Positions 50,041 to 61,900 of a stretch of DNA of 64,000 bases are shown piece by piece (the stretch's first letter is position 1; every line of letters starts with the position of its first letter). The notes beneath the pieces were generated by a model. The model worked only from the letters and a program-made list of their open reading frames with translations. It was not told the origin of the DNA and did no database searches. The stretch comes from Eledone cirrhosa (lineage: Eukaryota): assembly GCA_964016885.1 (NCBI GenBank), contig OZ024744.1, positions 58,590,001-58,654,000 of the forward strand, read 5' to 3'. Both the position numbers and the translations under genes were made by a program.

Positions 50041-52140
50041 ATGGCTACCAAAAAAAAAAAATTTCATACGTCACTCCCACTCATTCCGTCTTCTTCTTCC
50101 TCAATCATCACTACAGGAGAGAGAAGATTGTCTCTCTCCCTCCCTTCTTTAAATGTGTCTCTCTCCCTACCTTCTCTTTCGCAAGCGACGAAAGAAAAGA
50201 AAAGTCTCGTGCAAAGCGTGCAAGGTTTCTCCACGACGACGACGACAGCGACGAAACAGGTGTGCGGGAAATACGAAAACCCAGTTCATTCGTCTGACGT
50301 CAGGAATAATAGCAGTAGCAGCCGTAATAACAACAGCAACAGTGACAATGAAAACAACAGTAGCAGCCGCAACAGCATCACCAGCAGCATAAACAACAAC
50401 AGCATTAGCAGCAGCAACACCAACAACAACCACAGCAACAGCGGCGGAGGCAGTAGTCGTAGTACCTGCAGCAACAACAAAAGTACCAGCAGCTCTGACG
50501 ACAACAACAACAGCAGAGAAAAACCAATCTCATTTGCAGGTATTGCGAAAAACCTGGAAACAATCCTCATAACAAATGAGGAATTAGAGGAAGCGAAGAA
50601 GATGGTGACAAAGAACGGACACCGAGCAATCTGCAAGGCAGCGAAAAATTTTTTCGAAACCCAAGAGCACTGTACGGTCACGTACCGTACAGTAAGTACA
50701 AAATCCCGTAGGGTGGAAAGAGCCACAGAGGCCCAAATACAAAAAGCCTTGGGGTCTGTGTGGCAGAGGAAAACGCACATCACCCGAGGCAAAAAATACG
50801 CCACCGTAGACGTACTTTTTGCCACACCCCAGGAGGCAAAGGCCCAATCAGTAGTGACCCTAAGGAGCGAGGAAATGGTGTTGGTGCCCTCCTACTGCGG
50901 GCAAAAAATTGTGAGGATCAAACTGACCCACGTCCCCCCCGGAATGACCCCTTCTTGGCTGGCCGCGTCTGTCCTCGTCGGAATCGAGGACAAAACAACT
51001 GTACTGCAAGTACAGAAAAAAGTAAGAGAAGATTGGGTCGGCTCCTCCATTGAGATGCTAATCCAAACCAACCAGGAGTGCATCGAAGCTATCCCGGATG
51101 TGATAGACTTCGATAACGGCACTCAACTGCCCATAAGTGTTGAGGGCAAACGCCCGAAATGCTTTCGCTGTGGATCGAAGACTCACCTCAGGGCCTTCTG
51201 CAACGAGAAGACCCTGAGAAAGGAGAAAACCCCCCTCCTCCCGAATCCGGTTCCACGGCTACCAGCAACAGGACAAGCGGCAACCAGGAACGATAGGTCC
51301 GTGGCACCCATACCCACTCCACGGAAATCAAAGACAGCAGCAGCAGTGGAAATATTAACAACAACAACAGCAATACCAAATGCAGCTGCAACAGAGACTC
51401 CAGTGCAAACATCACCAACAACAACAAGTGAAAGAGTGGAGCTGGTACCCCTCCCCGACCTTACAGAATCAGACATGGAGTGTGAGGTGGGAGAGGGATG
51501 GCAAAAGGTCTCAAGAAGGCACAAACGCAGAAGCAGCGCATCGTCGCCTTTGAAAAGGGAGGCAAGAAATGAGAAAAGGGTAAAGTCTACTGCAAAGAGA
51601 CCCACAGCAGCAACACCACCAACACCATCACCACCCACACCAGCACCACCATCACCACCGGCGACAACCCCACCGCCAACAACACCTTCAACACCACCAC
51701 CACAAGCACCAACATCGCAAACACAACAACAAAACACACACACCCAGCAACAACGACAAGAAAATAGCAGAACCACACCCCACCCCCAGAAAAACAAATG
51801 CACGGCAATAAACACACACAACAAGAAACTAATGACTTACATAATTGAACACACAGACATTTCACAACAGGACTACATAATACCAGCACCAATCAAAACG
51901 CCAACTAACATAAGACTGCTAAAAATAGCACAGAAACAATACACAAACATTAAAACGAAATTTCCCAACGCAGTTGGTGATTTCAGGGACCTAGGAGGAA
52001 CCATTAATCGAAGAGTATATTCAGACATTCTCTTAGAAGAGCCGACGACCAGCCGAAGGGACGATTCAACGGTCCCTTCACCAGACGATCAAGTGAAAAG
52101 GGATGTAAAAACCATCCCTCCTCTACCAAAAATACGGTAA
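50041..52140 (+). CDS. LINE ORF1 gag-like nucleic-acid-binding protein (699 aa)
   Basis: ATG at 50041. Zinc knuckle CFRCGSKTHLRAFC (CX2CX4HX4C). S/N-rich and P/T-rich low-complexity regions. Confidence 0.9.
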   Translation: MATKKKKFHTSLPLIPSSSSSIITTGERRLSLSLPSLNVSLSLPSLSQATKEKKSLVQSVQGFSTTTTTATKQVCGKYENPVHSSDVRNNSSSSRNNNSNSDNENNSSSRNSITSSINNNSISSSNTNNNHSNSGGGSSRSTCSNNKSTSSSDDNNNSREKPISFAGIAKNLETILITNEELEEAKKMVTKNGHRAICKAAKNFFETQEHCTVTYRTVSTKSRRVERATEAQIQKALGSVWQRKTHITRGKKYATVDVLFATPQEAKAQSVVTLRSEEMVLVPSYCGQKIVRIKLTHVPPGMTPSWLAASVLVGIEDKTTVLQVQKKVREDWVGSSIEMLIQTNQECIEAIPDVIDFDNGTQLPISVEGKRPKCFRCGSKTHLRAFCNEKTLRKEKTPLLPNPVPRLPATGQAATRNDRSVAPIPTPRKSKTAAAVEILTTTTAIPNAAATETPVQTSPTTTSERVELVPLPDLTESDMECEVGEGWQKVSRRHKRRSSASSPLKREARNEKRVKSTAKRPTAATPPTPSPPTPAPPSPPATTPPPTTPSTPPPQAPTSQTQQQNTHTQQQRQENSRTTPHPQKNKCTAINTHNKKLMTYIIEHTDISQQDYIIPAPIKTPTNIRLLKIAQKQYTNIKTKFPNAVGDFRDLGGTINRRVYSDILLEEPTTSRRDDSTVPSPDDQVKRDVKTIPPLPKIR

Positions 52141-52175
52141 GTGGTCTTTCCCATCTTTTCCACTCTATTTTAAAC

Positions 52176-55100
52176 ATGACCTCACTCAGAATAGGCAGCA
52201 TAAATGCGCGTGGCTTGGGGTCGTCATGGAAGCAGGGTCACCTGCTCAACGACCTCAGGTCACTAAACATAGATGTAGTGGCCATCAGCGAGACCAGAAT
52301 CTCCGAAGCACGGGCCTTCGCACCGATCTTCGGCGGCTACGATGTGTACGCATCTCCCAGCCGTCCTGGATCCGGTGGAGGAGTTGCTGTACTTTTTCGG
52401 AGAGGTTTGGATCTCGCCATACGGGCCATCTTCCTGGACCCAGAGGGTAAGCTGGTGGTGCTGGACGTGACCAGCGGAGACGGGCAAGCTTTCAGGCTAG
52501 TGGCCGTCTATGCCCCGACAGGAGCAGGGCGGCCTGATTTCTTCCGGCGTCTGGAGACCTTTCTTGGAACGTCCCGCTCTTTAGTGTTAGTGGGCGACTG
52601 GAACGGGATCTTAGATGCACGCTGGGACTGTGTGGGATTAGCGGATAGGGGTGGAGGGTGCAAGAGCCTCACCAACCTGCTCAGGCGTTTTGAACTGTCT
52701 GACAGGTACCGATTGGATTTCCCGAATGTGCCAATGTGGACTTGGACAAACCGCATAGGGTCATCCAGATCATATCTAGATAGAGTATTTTGTAGGGAAA
52801 TAGATAGGTCTAGCATAGGCTGTCCACAATTCAAGATAGTCAGCTACACGGACCACAAATTCGTGATCTGTGTGCTTGACTTAGATAGGCTTCATAGACG
52901 AGGACCCGGCTACTGGAAGCTAAACGCGTCCTTACCAGCGCGCAAGGCCTACAGAGACCGGATTAGCGAACTAGTTAAGCGGGCGTTGACGGGGGCCATC
53001 GTCAACAACAAGTGGTGGTTTGCTCTGAAAAGAGCGATTAGAATAGAATCGATTAGGTTTAGTAAGGCTTTAGCAATAGAGAAAAATAGAGCAGAGGGAG
53101 AACTAGTTAGAAAATTAGACGAGGCGCTTAGCAAAGGCATTGCGACCGACGTGCTTGCGGCGAAATTGGCCCTTGACCAATTCTTCAATGCAAAGCACGA
53201 AGGCTGCGTTGTCAGAGCTAGGGTGCGTGCTCTCAGACACGAGGGGACGAAAGCCGTTCAATGGGCCCGAGTGGCGGAGGCGCGTCGTGGCAACAAAGCC
53301 ACGATCCGGTCTTTGGTGGACCACGACGGGCGCATGCTACTCGATCCCGGGCAAATGTGTGAAACTTTTCAGCGACACTTCGCTCAGCTGTTCGGGGGCA
53401 GCGGGGGGCCGGGTAGAGGGATGGACTTTAGTGTCTACCTCGACGGGCTGCCGCGGCTCTCGGCCACTGAGGCGAGGTGTTGCGAAAAGCCGATAACAGC
53501 CGCTGAAGTACGGGAGGCAATGACTGGCTGCACAAGGGGTAAATCGCCTGGTTTGGATGGTCTGCCCTATGAACTTTACGTACAGATGCCAGACTTGTTC
53601 GGAGGCCTCTTGGCGGACGTCTACTGCAACTGGCAACAGAACGGGAGAATTCCCAGTTCTGTGAGCCGAGGAGCGGTGGCACTGCTGAGAAAGGATCCGA
53701 ACAAGGGGGATAACATAGACAATTTCCGGCCCATAACTCTGCTAAACACAGAGTTTAAGATTTTGGCCAAGGTGCTAGCAAAGAGGTTGGCGCTTGTCGT
53801 TGGTGGTCTGGTGGGAGAGGCGCAGACATGCGCCATTCCCGACAGATCCATCCACGACAACCTCCACCTCATGCGATACATCGTAGAGAGGGTAGCTAGG
53901 GAACCTGGCACGGGTGGGTCCTTGATCAATTTAGATCAGTCGAAAGCTTTCGATAGGGTCGACCATCGTTACCTAGCGGCAGTCCTGAGGGCGGCTGGCT
54001 TTGGGCCCGTCTTCAGAGGCTGGATCGCTGCCATGCACAGCGACATCTGCTCTGTGGTGAGAGTGAACGGTCACCTGTCGGAACCGTTCAACATCATGCG
54101 CTCGGTCCGCCAAGGATGTCCCCTCTCGTCCCTCTTGTACGTATTGACTCTCGAGCCATTACTGCACAAACTGGAGACGTTGAGGGGAGTCCCGCGCGAA
54201 CTAGGATGCGGAAGATCCGTGTCAGCATATGCGGACGATGTCACCGTAGTGGTGTCGAACGCCAAACACATCGAGGCGATCGGCACTACACTAAGAGAAT
54301 ACGAAGCGGTGACAGGAGCAATGATCAACCAGGAAAAGTCAGTGGGCCTGCAGCTCGGCACCTGGAGAGGCAGGTCCATGCCGTCCAACAGCGTCGTCGG
54401 GCGCTGGACGGACGGACCGGTTAAATTGCTAGGGGTCTGGTTCGGTCCGGACCTCCAGACGGACAAAAACTGGGACGAGGTGACGAGCAGGGTGGCTTCT
54501 CTCACCCAGAAATGGGCGGAGAGGAAGCTATCCCTGAAAGGTCGAGCGGAGGTGGCTAACGCGTACATCGCGTCTGTCATCTGCTACCGCCTAACCGTCG
54601 TACCTTGTCCTAAGCCTCGCCTGACTGCGCTGGAGCGTTTGCTCTTTCGCTTTTTGTGGAAGGGACGTGCTCCGATGGTCAGGCGGTCCATCTGTTGTCA
54701 ACACCCGCTACGTGGAGGGCTGGGCATGCCGTGGCTGATGATGCGCAGGCACGCGCTCAGGCTACGACATCTCCACCTCTTCCTCGACGGTGATCAGGTG
54801 TGGTCGCCGTTTGCTAGACGCGTTTTTCCCCAGCTCGTTTCCTTGACGGAGCTGCAGTCCTGGGTCAAGCGAAGACCGAGAGGGAGCGCCTGGAGACTGG
54901 AATGTCTTCAGGCGCTCACAGCCCTCGACCAATCGGGCAATGTGATCGGTGGAAACTCCACCTCGGCGTTTTATAGAGGATTAGTGGAGGGGAAGAGCGA
55001 CGACGTACTTGGGGAAACTCTAGGCGTCGACGAAAATCAACTAGCCAATCTCTTCGGAAGAACTTTCGGGCCAGGGCCTATGGACAACTTCCAGAAATCT

Positions 55101-55595
55101 CTGGCCTGGCAGTGCTACCGAGGAGCCTTGCCAGTTCGGGATAAACTCTACAGGCATGGAGGTGCCGTCAGCCGGGCATGTCCGAGATGCGCGCAGGGCG
55201 ACGAAACCGTCCTGCACGCACTCGTCCAGTGTCCGAAAATTGCTGACTTGTGGGTTTATGTCGAACACCTGCTGTCGCGTTTAGGACGGATCCAGCTATC
55301 ATCTGAGTCCATCGTGAGGATTGCCCCGCCCTCCTCCTTTAGCCGGGAAGGGCAGGCAGTTTTTATCTGTCTGGTGGCCATGGCGAAAGAGATAGTATGG
55401 TGGACACGTTTGAAAGGGCTGAAGACGAGCACTTACCTCTTCGGTGATGCTCTGATTGACTTTTTCAAATTTCATTTGAAAAGGAAAATCAGAGTAGAGA
55501 GGGAAGTGCTCTCTTCCCAGCATTTTGTTGAAAGATGGGTGAGAGAAGCAAGAATGGCCCGAGTGAATGGGCCGACTCTGAGTATATATCTGTAA
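52176..55595 (+). CDS. LINE ORF2: AP-like endonuclease + reverse transcriptase + C-terminal CCHC finger (1139 aa)
   Basis: SINARG, SET, VYAP, GDWN, YLDR, TDH; KSPGLDG, FRPITLLN, DQSKAFDRV, RQGCPLS, YADD; CPRC..ETVLHALVQC. Confidence 0.96.
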   Translation: MTSLRIGSINARGLGSSWKQGHLLNDLRSLNIDVVAISETRISEARAFAPIFGGYDVYASPSRPGSGGGVAVLFRRGLDLAIRAIFLDPEGKLVVLDVTSGDGQAFRLVAVYAPTGAGRPDFFRRLETFLGTSRSLVLVGDWNGILDARWDCVGLADRGGGCKSLTNLLRRFELSDRYRLDFPNVPMWTWTNRIGSSRSYLDRVFCREIDRSSIGCPQFKIVSYTDHKFVICVLDLDRLHRRGPGYWKLNASLPARKAYRDRISELVKRALTGAIVNNKWWFALKRAIRIESIRFSKALAIEKNRAEGELVRKLDEALSKGIATDVLAAKLALDQFFNAKHEGCVVRARVRALRHEGTKAVQWARVAEARRGNKATIRSLVDHDGRMLLDPGQMCETFQRHFAQLFGGSGGPGRGMDFSVYLDGLPRLSATEARCCEKPITAAEVREAMTGCTRGKSPGLDGLPYELYVQMPDLFGGLLADVYCNWQQNGRIPSSVSRGAVALLRKDPNKGDNIDNFRPITLLNTEFKILAKVLAKRLALVVGGLVGEAQTCAIPDRSIHDNLHLMRYIVERVAREPGTGGSLINLDQSKAFDRVDHRYLAAVLRAAGFGPVFRGWIAAMHSDICSVVRVNGHLSEPFNIMRSVRQGCPLSSLLYVLTLEPLLHKLETLRGVPRELGCGRSVSAYADDVTVVVSNAKHIEAIGTTLREYEAVTGAMINQEKSVGLQLGTWRGRSMPSNSVVGRWTDGPVKLLGVWFGPDLQTDKNWDEVTSRVASLTQKWAERKLSLKGRAEVANAYIASVICYRLTVVPCPKPRLTALERLLFRFLWKGRAPMVRRSICCQHPLRGGLGMPWLMMRRHALRLRHLHLFLDGDQVWSPFARRVFPQLVSLTELQSWVKRRPRGSAWRLECLQALTALDQSGNVIGGNSTSAFYRGLVEGKSDDVLGETLGVDENQLANLFGRTFGPGPMDNFQKSLAWQCYRGALPVRDKLYRHGGAVSRACPRCAQGDETVLHALVQCPKIADLWVYVEHLLSRLGRIQLSSESIVRIAPPSSFSREGQAVFICLVAMAKEIVWWTRLKGLKTSTYLFGDALIDFFKFHLKRKIRVEREVLSSQHFVERWVREARMARVNGPTLSIYL

Positions 55596-55855
55596 ACTAA
55601 AGGTGGAAAACTGGGAGAGGGCACTTGCCTTGGTGGTCAGGGTCATTGTGGCTTTTTACTGGGCTTTCTCCACAAATGTCCCTCCGAAGTCTCCCCCCTA
55701 TTGGGGAATTTTTCATTGTTATTTTCATTGTTATTTTTGTTACATCCTCTGTTTTTGTTTTTTTACACGCAGAAATGCCCATTTGTACCGTCCTGCATTG
55801 TCCTGCACTGTCCTTAATGTCTACTTTATGTAAACCCTTGTGGTTAATAAAGAAA

Positions 55856-55911
<56 letters not shown>

Positions 55912-55913
<2 letters not shown>

Positions 55914-57844
55914 AGTTGCATTTATCTTGCTTTATGTTCATACGAGTTATCAGCAAGTCACAACCAGTGACCTCAAGAGACAACAAGGTCCGCCATGTTC
56001 AAGAAAGAACATACAGACACATGCATCTTTAGGTGTTTAGACTTGTGATGACCTTATATTGACAGAATCTTCCTTAGTATATGGGCAGTTCCCATTAGTA
56101 CTATCTTTTGTATTTCTCCTATACGCGGGTTTCCTGGGATTTGCGATAAGTAATCATTAGACCCCTTAGGTATCATTCCTGGAGCGCCTACAACCACTGG
56201 TATTGTTTTAGTTCTCAATTTCCACATTTTTCCAATTTCTATCTCCAGGTCCTTATACTTGCTCAATTTTTCAAATGTTTTTGTAGATACATTCTTGTCT
56301 ATTGGAACGGAAATATCAATTAGCAGGCATACCCTCTTTTTAAAGTCCTTCAGTATTATATCAGGTCTATTTGCATCTATTTTTCGGTCTGTTTGGATGC
56401 TAAAGTTCCACAAGATTGAGATGTGATCTTTTTCAAGTATGGGAGGTGGTTGATGCTCCCACCAATTCTTTGGATGGGGCAGGTCAAAATGCTTACACAT
56501 TATCCAATGTATGTATTGTGCAGCTCTGTCATGCCTGTTTAGGTATTCGGTTGGAGCTATAGTACTGCACATTGAAATTATATGATCAATGGTCACTTGT
56601 TGTTTTTTACATACACGGCATAATGGGTTGCATCCATTTTTTATTATGTTGGCTTGATAATTTTTTGTTGGCAGAAACTGATCTTGTGCTGATATAATCA
56701 GTCCCTCAGTCTCCGATTTCAGTCCAGAGGATGCAAACCACTGATGGGTTAAAGTTTTGTCAACATCAGGATTGTTAGCTCTTTCTGGGTATTTTCCATA
56801 CAGAGGCTTTTCTTGCCATTTCTTAGCCAGTTTCTGTAGCAGTTCTTCCTTCGCAGTTACTTTTACCTGCTTTGCTTTTTCTGTGTTTTCCATTTCAGCA
56901 GTAAATGGGACTTCTGAAATTTGTAGTCCATTACTGTATCTTTGTGCATCTTTTGTAATGGAATATGATCTTTTGATGCTTTCGTGTTTCAAAACGAGTT
57001 TGATCATCCAATCATGTGATTCCCTTAGATATGTAGATAATCCAATTGTTGCAGTTTTCAACGCAATGTCTAACTGGACTAACCCACGTCCTCCTTCTTT
57101 CCTAGGGAGATATATTCTATCTATATCTGCCTTAGGGTGATGCATTCTGTGCATGGTTAAGAATTTTCGAATTTTTGTATCGAGCCTACGGATCTCTGTG
57201 CTTGACCAGTTGATGACATTGTAACTGTAGGTTATTACTGGTATGGCAAGCGTGTTTATGGCATCGATCCTATTCCTTGCATTCAATTCCGTTCTTAAGA
57301 TTGCTCTTACTCTGCGGTAACATTCCTTCCTTATCCTTTCCCTCATTGTCGAGTGCTTGATTCCGTCTCCTTCACAAACACCTAGATATTTGTAAGTTTT
57401 TCCTTGATCAAGTTCTCTTATCACGTTCCCCCGATCAAGATTAATGTCTGAACTCTTCAGCAGCTTTCCTCTGGTGAACGTTGCTTTGGCGCATTTATCT
57501 AGTCCAAACTCCATTTTAATGTCATCACTGAACTGCTCCACAGTGGATAATAGCCCTTGCAATTGTTCATCATTTTTTGCAAATAGTTTCAGGTCATCCA
57601 TGTAGAACAAGTGATTAATGGTTTTGTCATAGACTCTATATCCATGTTTTGTTTCATTGAGCATTTTACTTAATGGTATAAGTGCGATGCAGAATAAAAG
57701 CGGTGATAAAGAGTCACCCTGAAAAATTCCACAATTAATATTAACTTCTCCAGCTTCCAGTGATTTTGTTTCACTATTCAAAAGGAGTGTCGTTTTCCAT
57801 GTCTTCATACTGAATCACAAAAACCTCCTGACAACGGGAGATAT
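55912..57844 (-). mobile_element. R4/Dong-like RLE retrotransposon, 5'-truncated, flanked by (TAA)n
   Basis: Contains the open frame 56054-57808. (ATT)18 at 55858-55911 and (TTA)n at 57845-57870. Confidence 0.92.
56054..57808 (-). CDS. RT C-terminal half + CCHC + restriction-like endonuclease (N-terminally truncated)
   Basis: GIFQGDSLSP, LFYMDD, GGRGL, CRVC..HIISMC, RHD, ANRPDIIL, LIDISVP, KLSKYKDL. Confidence 0.85.
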   Translation of the reverse strand: MKTWKTTLLLNSETKSLEAGEVNINCGIFQGDSLSPLLFCIALIPLSKMLNETKHGYRVYDKTINHLFYMDDLKLFAKNDEQLQGLLSTVEQFSDDIKMEFGLDKCAKATFTRGKLLKSSDINLDRGNVIRELDQGKTYKYLGVCEGDGIKHSTMRERIRKECYRRVRAILRTELNARNRIDAINTLAIPVITYSYNVINWSSTEIRRLDTKIRKFLTMHRMHHPKADIDRIYLPRKEGGRGLVQLDIALKTATIGLSTYLRESHDWMIKLVLKHESIKRSYSITKDAQRYSNGLQISEVPFTAEMENTEKAKQVKVTAKEELLQKLAKKWQEKPLYGKYPERANNPDVDKTLTHQWFASSGLKSETEGLIISAQDQFLPTKNYQANIIKNGCNPLCRVCKKQQVTIDHIISMCSTIAPTEYLNRHDRAAQYIHWIMCKHFDLPHPKNWWEHQPPPILEKDHISILWNFSIQTDRKIDANRPDIILKDFKKRVCLLIDISVPIDKNVSTKTFEKLSKYKDLEIEIGKMWKLRTKTIPVVVGAPGMIPKGSNDYLSQIPGNPRIGEIQKIVLMGTAHILRKILSI

Positions 57845-57870
57845 TTATTATTATTATTATTATTATTATT

Positions 57871-58908
57871 TTTCGCCGTTTGCTAGACACGTCTTTCCCC
57901 AGCTCGTTTCCTTGACGGAGCTGCAGTCCTGGGTCAAGCGAAGACCGAGAGGGAGCGCTTGGAGACTGGAATGTCTTCAGGCGCTCACAGCCCTCGACCA
58001 ATCGGGCAATGTGATCGGTAGAAACTCCACCTTGGCGTTCTATAGAAGATTAGTGGAGGGGAAGAGCGACGACGTACTTGGAGAAACTCTAGGCGTCGAC
58101 GAAAATCAACTAGCCAATCTCTTCGGACGGACTTTCGGGCCGGGGCCTATGGACAACTTCCAGAAATCCCTGGCCTGGCAGTGCTACCGGGGAGCTTTAC
58201 CAGTTCGGGATAAACTCTACAGGCATGGAGGTGCCGTCAGCCGGGCATGTCCGAGATGCGTGCAGGGCGACGAAACCGTCCTGCACGCACTCGTCCAGTA
58301 TCCGAGCATTGCTGACTTGTGGGTTTATGTCGAACACCTGCTGTCACGTGTAGGACGGATCCAGCTATCAGCTGAGTCCATCGTGAGCATTGCCCCGCCC
58401 TCTTCCTTTAGCCGGGAAGGGCAGGCAGTTTTTATCTGTCTGGTGGCCATGGCGAAAGAGATAGTATGGTGGACACGTTTGAAAGGGCTGAAGACGAGCA
58501 CTTACCTCCTCGGTGATGCCCTGATTAACTTTTTCAAATTTCATCTGAAAAGGAAAATCAGGGTAGAGAGGGAAGTGCTCTCTTCCCACCATTTTGTTGA
58601 AAGATGGGTGAGAGAAGCAAGTATGGCCCGAGTGAATGGGCCTACTCTGAGTATGTGTCTGTAAATTAAAGGTGGAAAACTGGGAGAGGGCACTTGCCCT
58701 GGTGGTCAGGGTCACTGTGGTCTTTTAATGGGCTTTCTCCACAAATGTCCCTCGGAAGTCTCCCCCCTATTGGGGAATTTTTCTTTGTTATTTCATTACA
58801 TCCTCTGTTTTTTTTTACACGCAGAAATGCCCATTTGTACCGTCCTGTATTGTCCTGTACTGTCCTTAATGTCTACTTTATGTAAACCCTTGTGGTTAAT
58901 AAAAAAAA

Positions 58909-58909
<1 letters not shown>
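57871..58909 (+). mobile_element. Tx1-like copy C, 5'-truncated (~1 kb)
   Basis: ORF2 C-terminus 57912-58664 and 3' UTR. (ATT)n on both sides. Confidence 0.92.
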
Positions 58910-58953
<44 letters not shown>

Positions 58954-58954
<1 letters not shown>

Positions 58955-61900
58955 TGAACAAAAACCAATTATTACACTACATCCAACACAACACCAGCAT
59001 CACAGAAAAAGACTACACAACACCCCAAAAACTCACACCTCCTCCACACATACAAATCACTCGAATCACACAAAAAACGTACACGACACTAAAATTAAAA
59101 TTCCCCAAGGACATGGGAGACTTCCGACAAACACTCCCCAGGATGATTTATAAAGACATCCTTCAGGAGGAGGCCACAAGCAGTGAGAAGGACAGAAAAG
59201 CCATCCTTCCTCCACAAGAAGTAAGAAGAGTGGTCTTTCTCATCTTTTTCCACTCCTTTTCAACATGACCTCACTCAGAATAGGCAGCATAAATGCGCGT
59301 GGACTGGGGTCGTCCTGGAAGCAGGGCCACCTGCTCAACGACCTCAGGTCACTAAACATAGATGTGGTGGCCATCAGCGAGACCAGAATCTCCGAAGCCT
59401 TCGCACCGTTTTTCGGCGGCTATGATGTATACACATCTCCCAGCCGTCCTGGATCGTGGGTGGGGGGGGGGGCTTTTTCGGAGAGGCTTGGATCTCGCCA
59501 TACGGACCATCTTCCTGGACCCAGAAAGTAAGTTGGTGGCGCTGGACGTGACCAGCGGAGACGGGCAAGCTCAGGCTAGTGGCCGTCTATGCCCCGACAG
59601 GATCAGGGAAGCCTGATTTCTTCCGCCGTCAGGAGACCTTTCTTGGAACGTCCCGCTCTTTAGTGTTAGTGGGCGACTGGAACGGGATCTTAGATGCACG
59701 CTGGGACTGTGTGGGATTAGCGGATAGGGGTGGAGGGTGCAAGAGCCTCACCAACCTGCTCAGGCGTTTTGAACTGTCTGACAGGTACCGATTGGATTTC
59801 CCGAATGTGCCAATGTGGACTTGGACAAATCGCATAGGGTCATCCAGATCATATCTAGATAGAGTATTTTGTAGGGAAATAGATAGGTCTAGCATAGGCT
59901 GTCCACATGTCAAAATAGTCGACTACACGGACCACAAATTCGTGATCTCTGAGGTTGACTTAGATAGGCTTCATAGACAGGGACTCGGCTACTGGAAACT
60001 AAACGCATCGTTAACAGCGCGCAAGGCCTACAGAGACCGGATTAGCGAACTAGTTAAGCTGGCGTTGACGGGGGCCATCGGCAACAGCAAATGGTGGTTT
60101 GCTCTGAAAAGAGCGATTAGAATAGAGTCCATTAGGTTTAGTAAGGGTTTAGCAATAGAGAAAAATAGAGCAGAGGGAGAACTAGTTAGAAAATTAGACG
60201 AGGCGCTTAGTAAAGGCATCGCGACCGACGTACTTGCGGCGAAATTGGCCTTGACCAATTCTTCAATGCAAAGCACGAAGGCTGCGTTATCAGAGCTAGG
60301 GTGCGTGCTCTCAGACACGAGGGGACGAAAGCCGTTCAATGGGCCCGGGTGGCGGAGGCCGGTCGTGGCAACAAAGCCACGATCCGGCCTTTGGTGGACC
60401 ACGACGGGCGCATGCTACTCGATTCCGGGAAAATGTGTGAGGCTTTTCAGCGACACTTCGCTCAGTTGTTCGGGGGCAGCGGCGGGCAGGATCGAGGAGG
60501 ATTGTTGCGAAAGGCCGATAACAGCCGTTGAAGTACGGGAGGCAATGACTGGCTGCACAAGGGGTAAATCGCCTGGGTTTGGATGGTCTGCCCAATGAAC
60601 TTTACGTACAGATGCCAGACTTGTTCGGAGGCCTCTTGGCGGACGTCTACTGCAACTGGCAACAGAACGGGAGAATTCCCAGCTCTGTGAGCCGAGGAAC
60701 TGTGGCGCTGCTGAGAAAGGATCTGAACAAGGGGGATAACATAGATAATTTCAGGCCCAGAACTCTGCTAAACACAGAGTTCAAGATTTTGACCAAGGTG
60801 CTAGCAAAGAGGTTGGCGCTTGTTGTTGGTGGTCTGGTGGGAGTGGCGCAGACATGCGCTATTCCAGACAGATCCATCCACGACAACCTCCACCTCATGC
60901 GATACATCGTTCAGAGGTTAGCTAGGGAACCTGGCATGGGTGGGTCCTTTATCAATTTAGATCAGTCGAAAGCTTTCGATAGGGTCGACCATTGTTATCT
61001 GGCGGCAGTCCTGAGGGCGGCTGGCTTTAGGCCTGTCTTCAGAGGCTGGATTGCTGCCATGCACAGCGACATCTGCTCTGTGGTGAGAGTGAACGGTCAC
61101 CTTTCGGAACCGTTCAACATCATGCTCTCGGTCTGCCAAGGATGTCCTCTCTCGTCCCTGTTGTACGTATTGACTTCCAAGCCATTACTGCACAAACTGG
61201 AAAGGTTGAGGGGGTCCCACACAAACTAGGATGCGGAAGATCCGTGTCAGCATATGCGGACGATGTCACCGTAGTGGTGTCGAACGCCGAACACATCGAG
61301 GCGATCGGCACTATACTAAGAGAATACGAGGCGGTGACAGAAGCAGTGATCAACCAGGAAAAGTCGGTGGGCCTGCAGCTCGGCACCTGGAGAGGCAGAT
61401 CCATGCCGCCCAACAGCGTCATCGGGCGCTGGACGGACGGACCGGTTAAATTGCTAGGGGTCTGGTTCGGTCCGGACATCCAGACGGACAAAAACTTGGA
61501 CGAGGTGACGAGCAGGGTGGCTTCTCTCACCCAGAAATGGGCAGAGAGGAAGCTATCCCTGAAAGATCGAGCGGAGGTGGCTAACGCGTACATCGCGTCC
61601 GTCATCTACTACCGCCTGACCGTCGTACTTTGTCCTAAGCCCCGGCTGACTGAGCTGGAGCGTTTGCTTGACGGAGCTGCAGTCCAGGGTCTTGCGAAGA
61701 CCGAGAGGGAGCGCTTGGAGACTGGAATGTCTTCAGGCGCTCACAGCCCTCGACCAATCGGGCAATGTGATCGGTGGAAACTCCACCTCGGCGTTCTATA
61801 GAGAATTAGTGGAGGGGAAGAGCGACGACGTACTTGGGGAAACTCTAGGCGTTGACGAAAATCAACTAGCCAATCTCTTCGGAAGAACTTTCGGGCCGGG

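Larger units (their letters stand above)
49828..55857 (+). mobile_element. Full-length intact Tx1/L1-clade LINE, copy B
   Basis: 5' end gaatgccatggttgacgg, two intact ORFs, 3' end AATAAAGAAATC, then (ATT)18. Confidence 0.95.
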
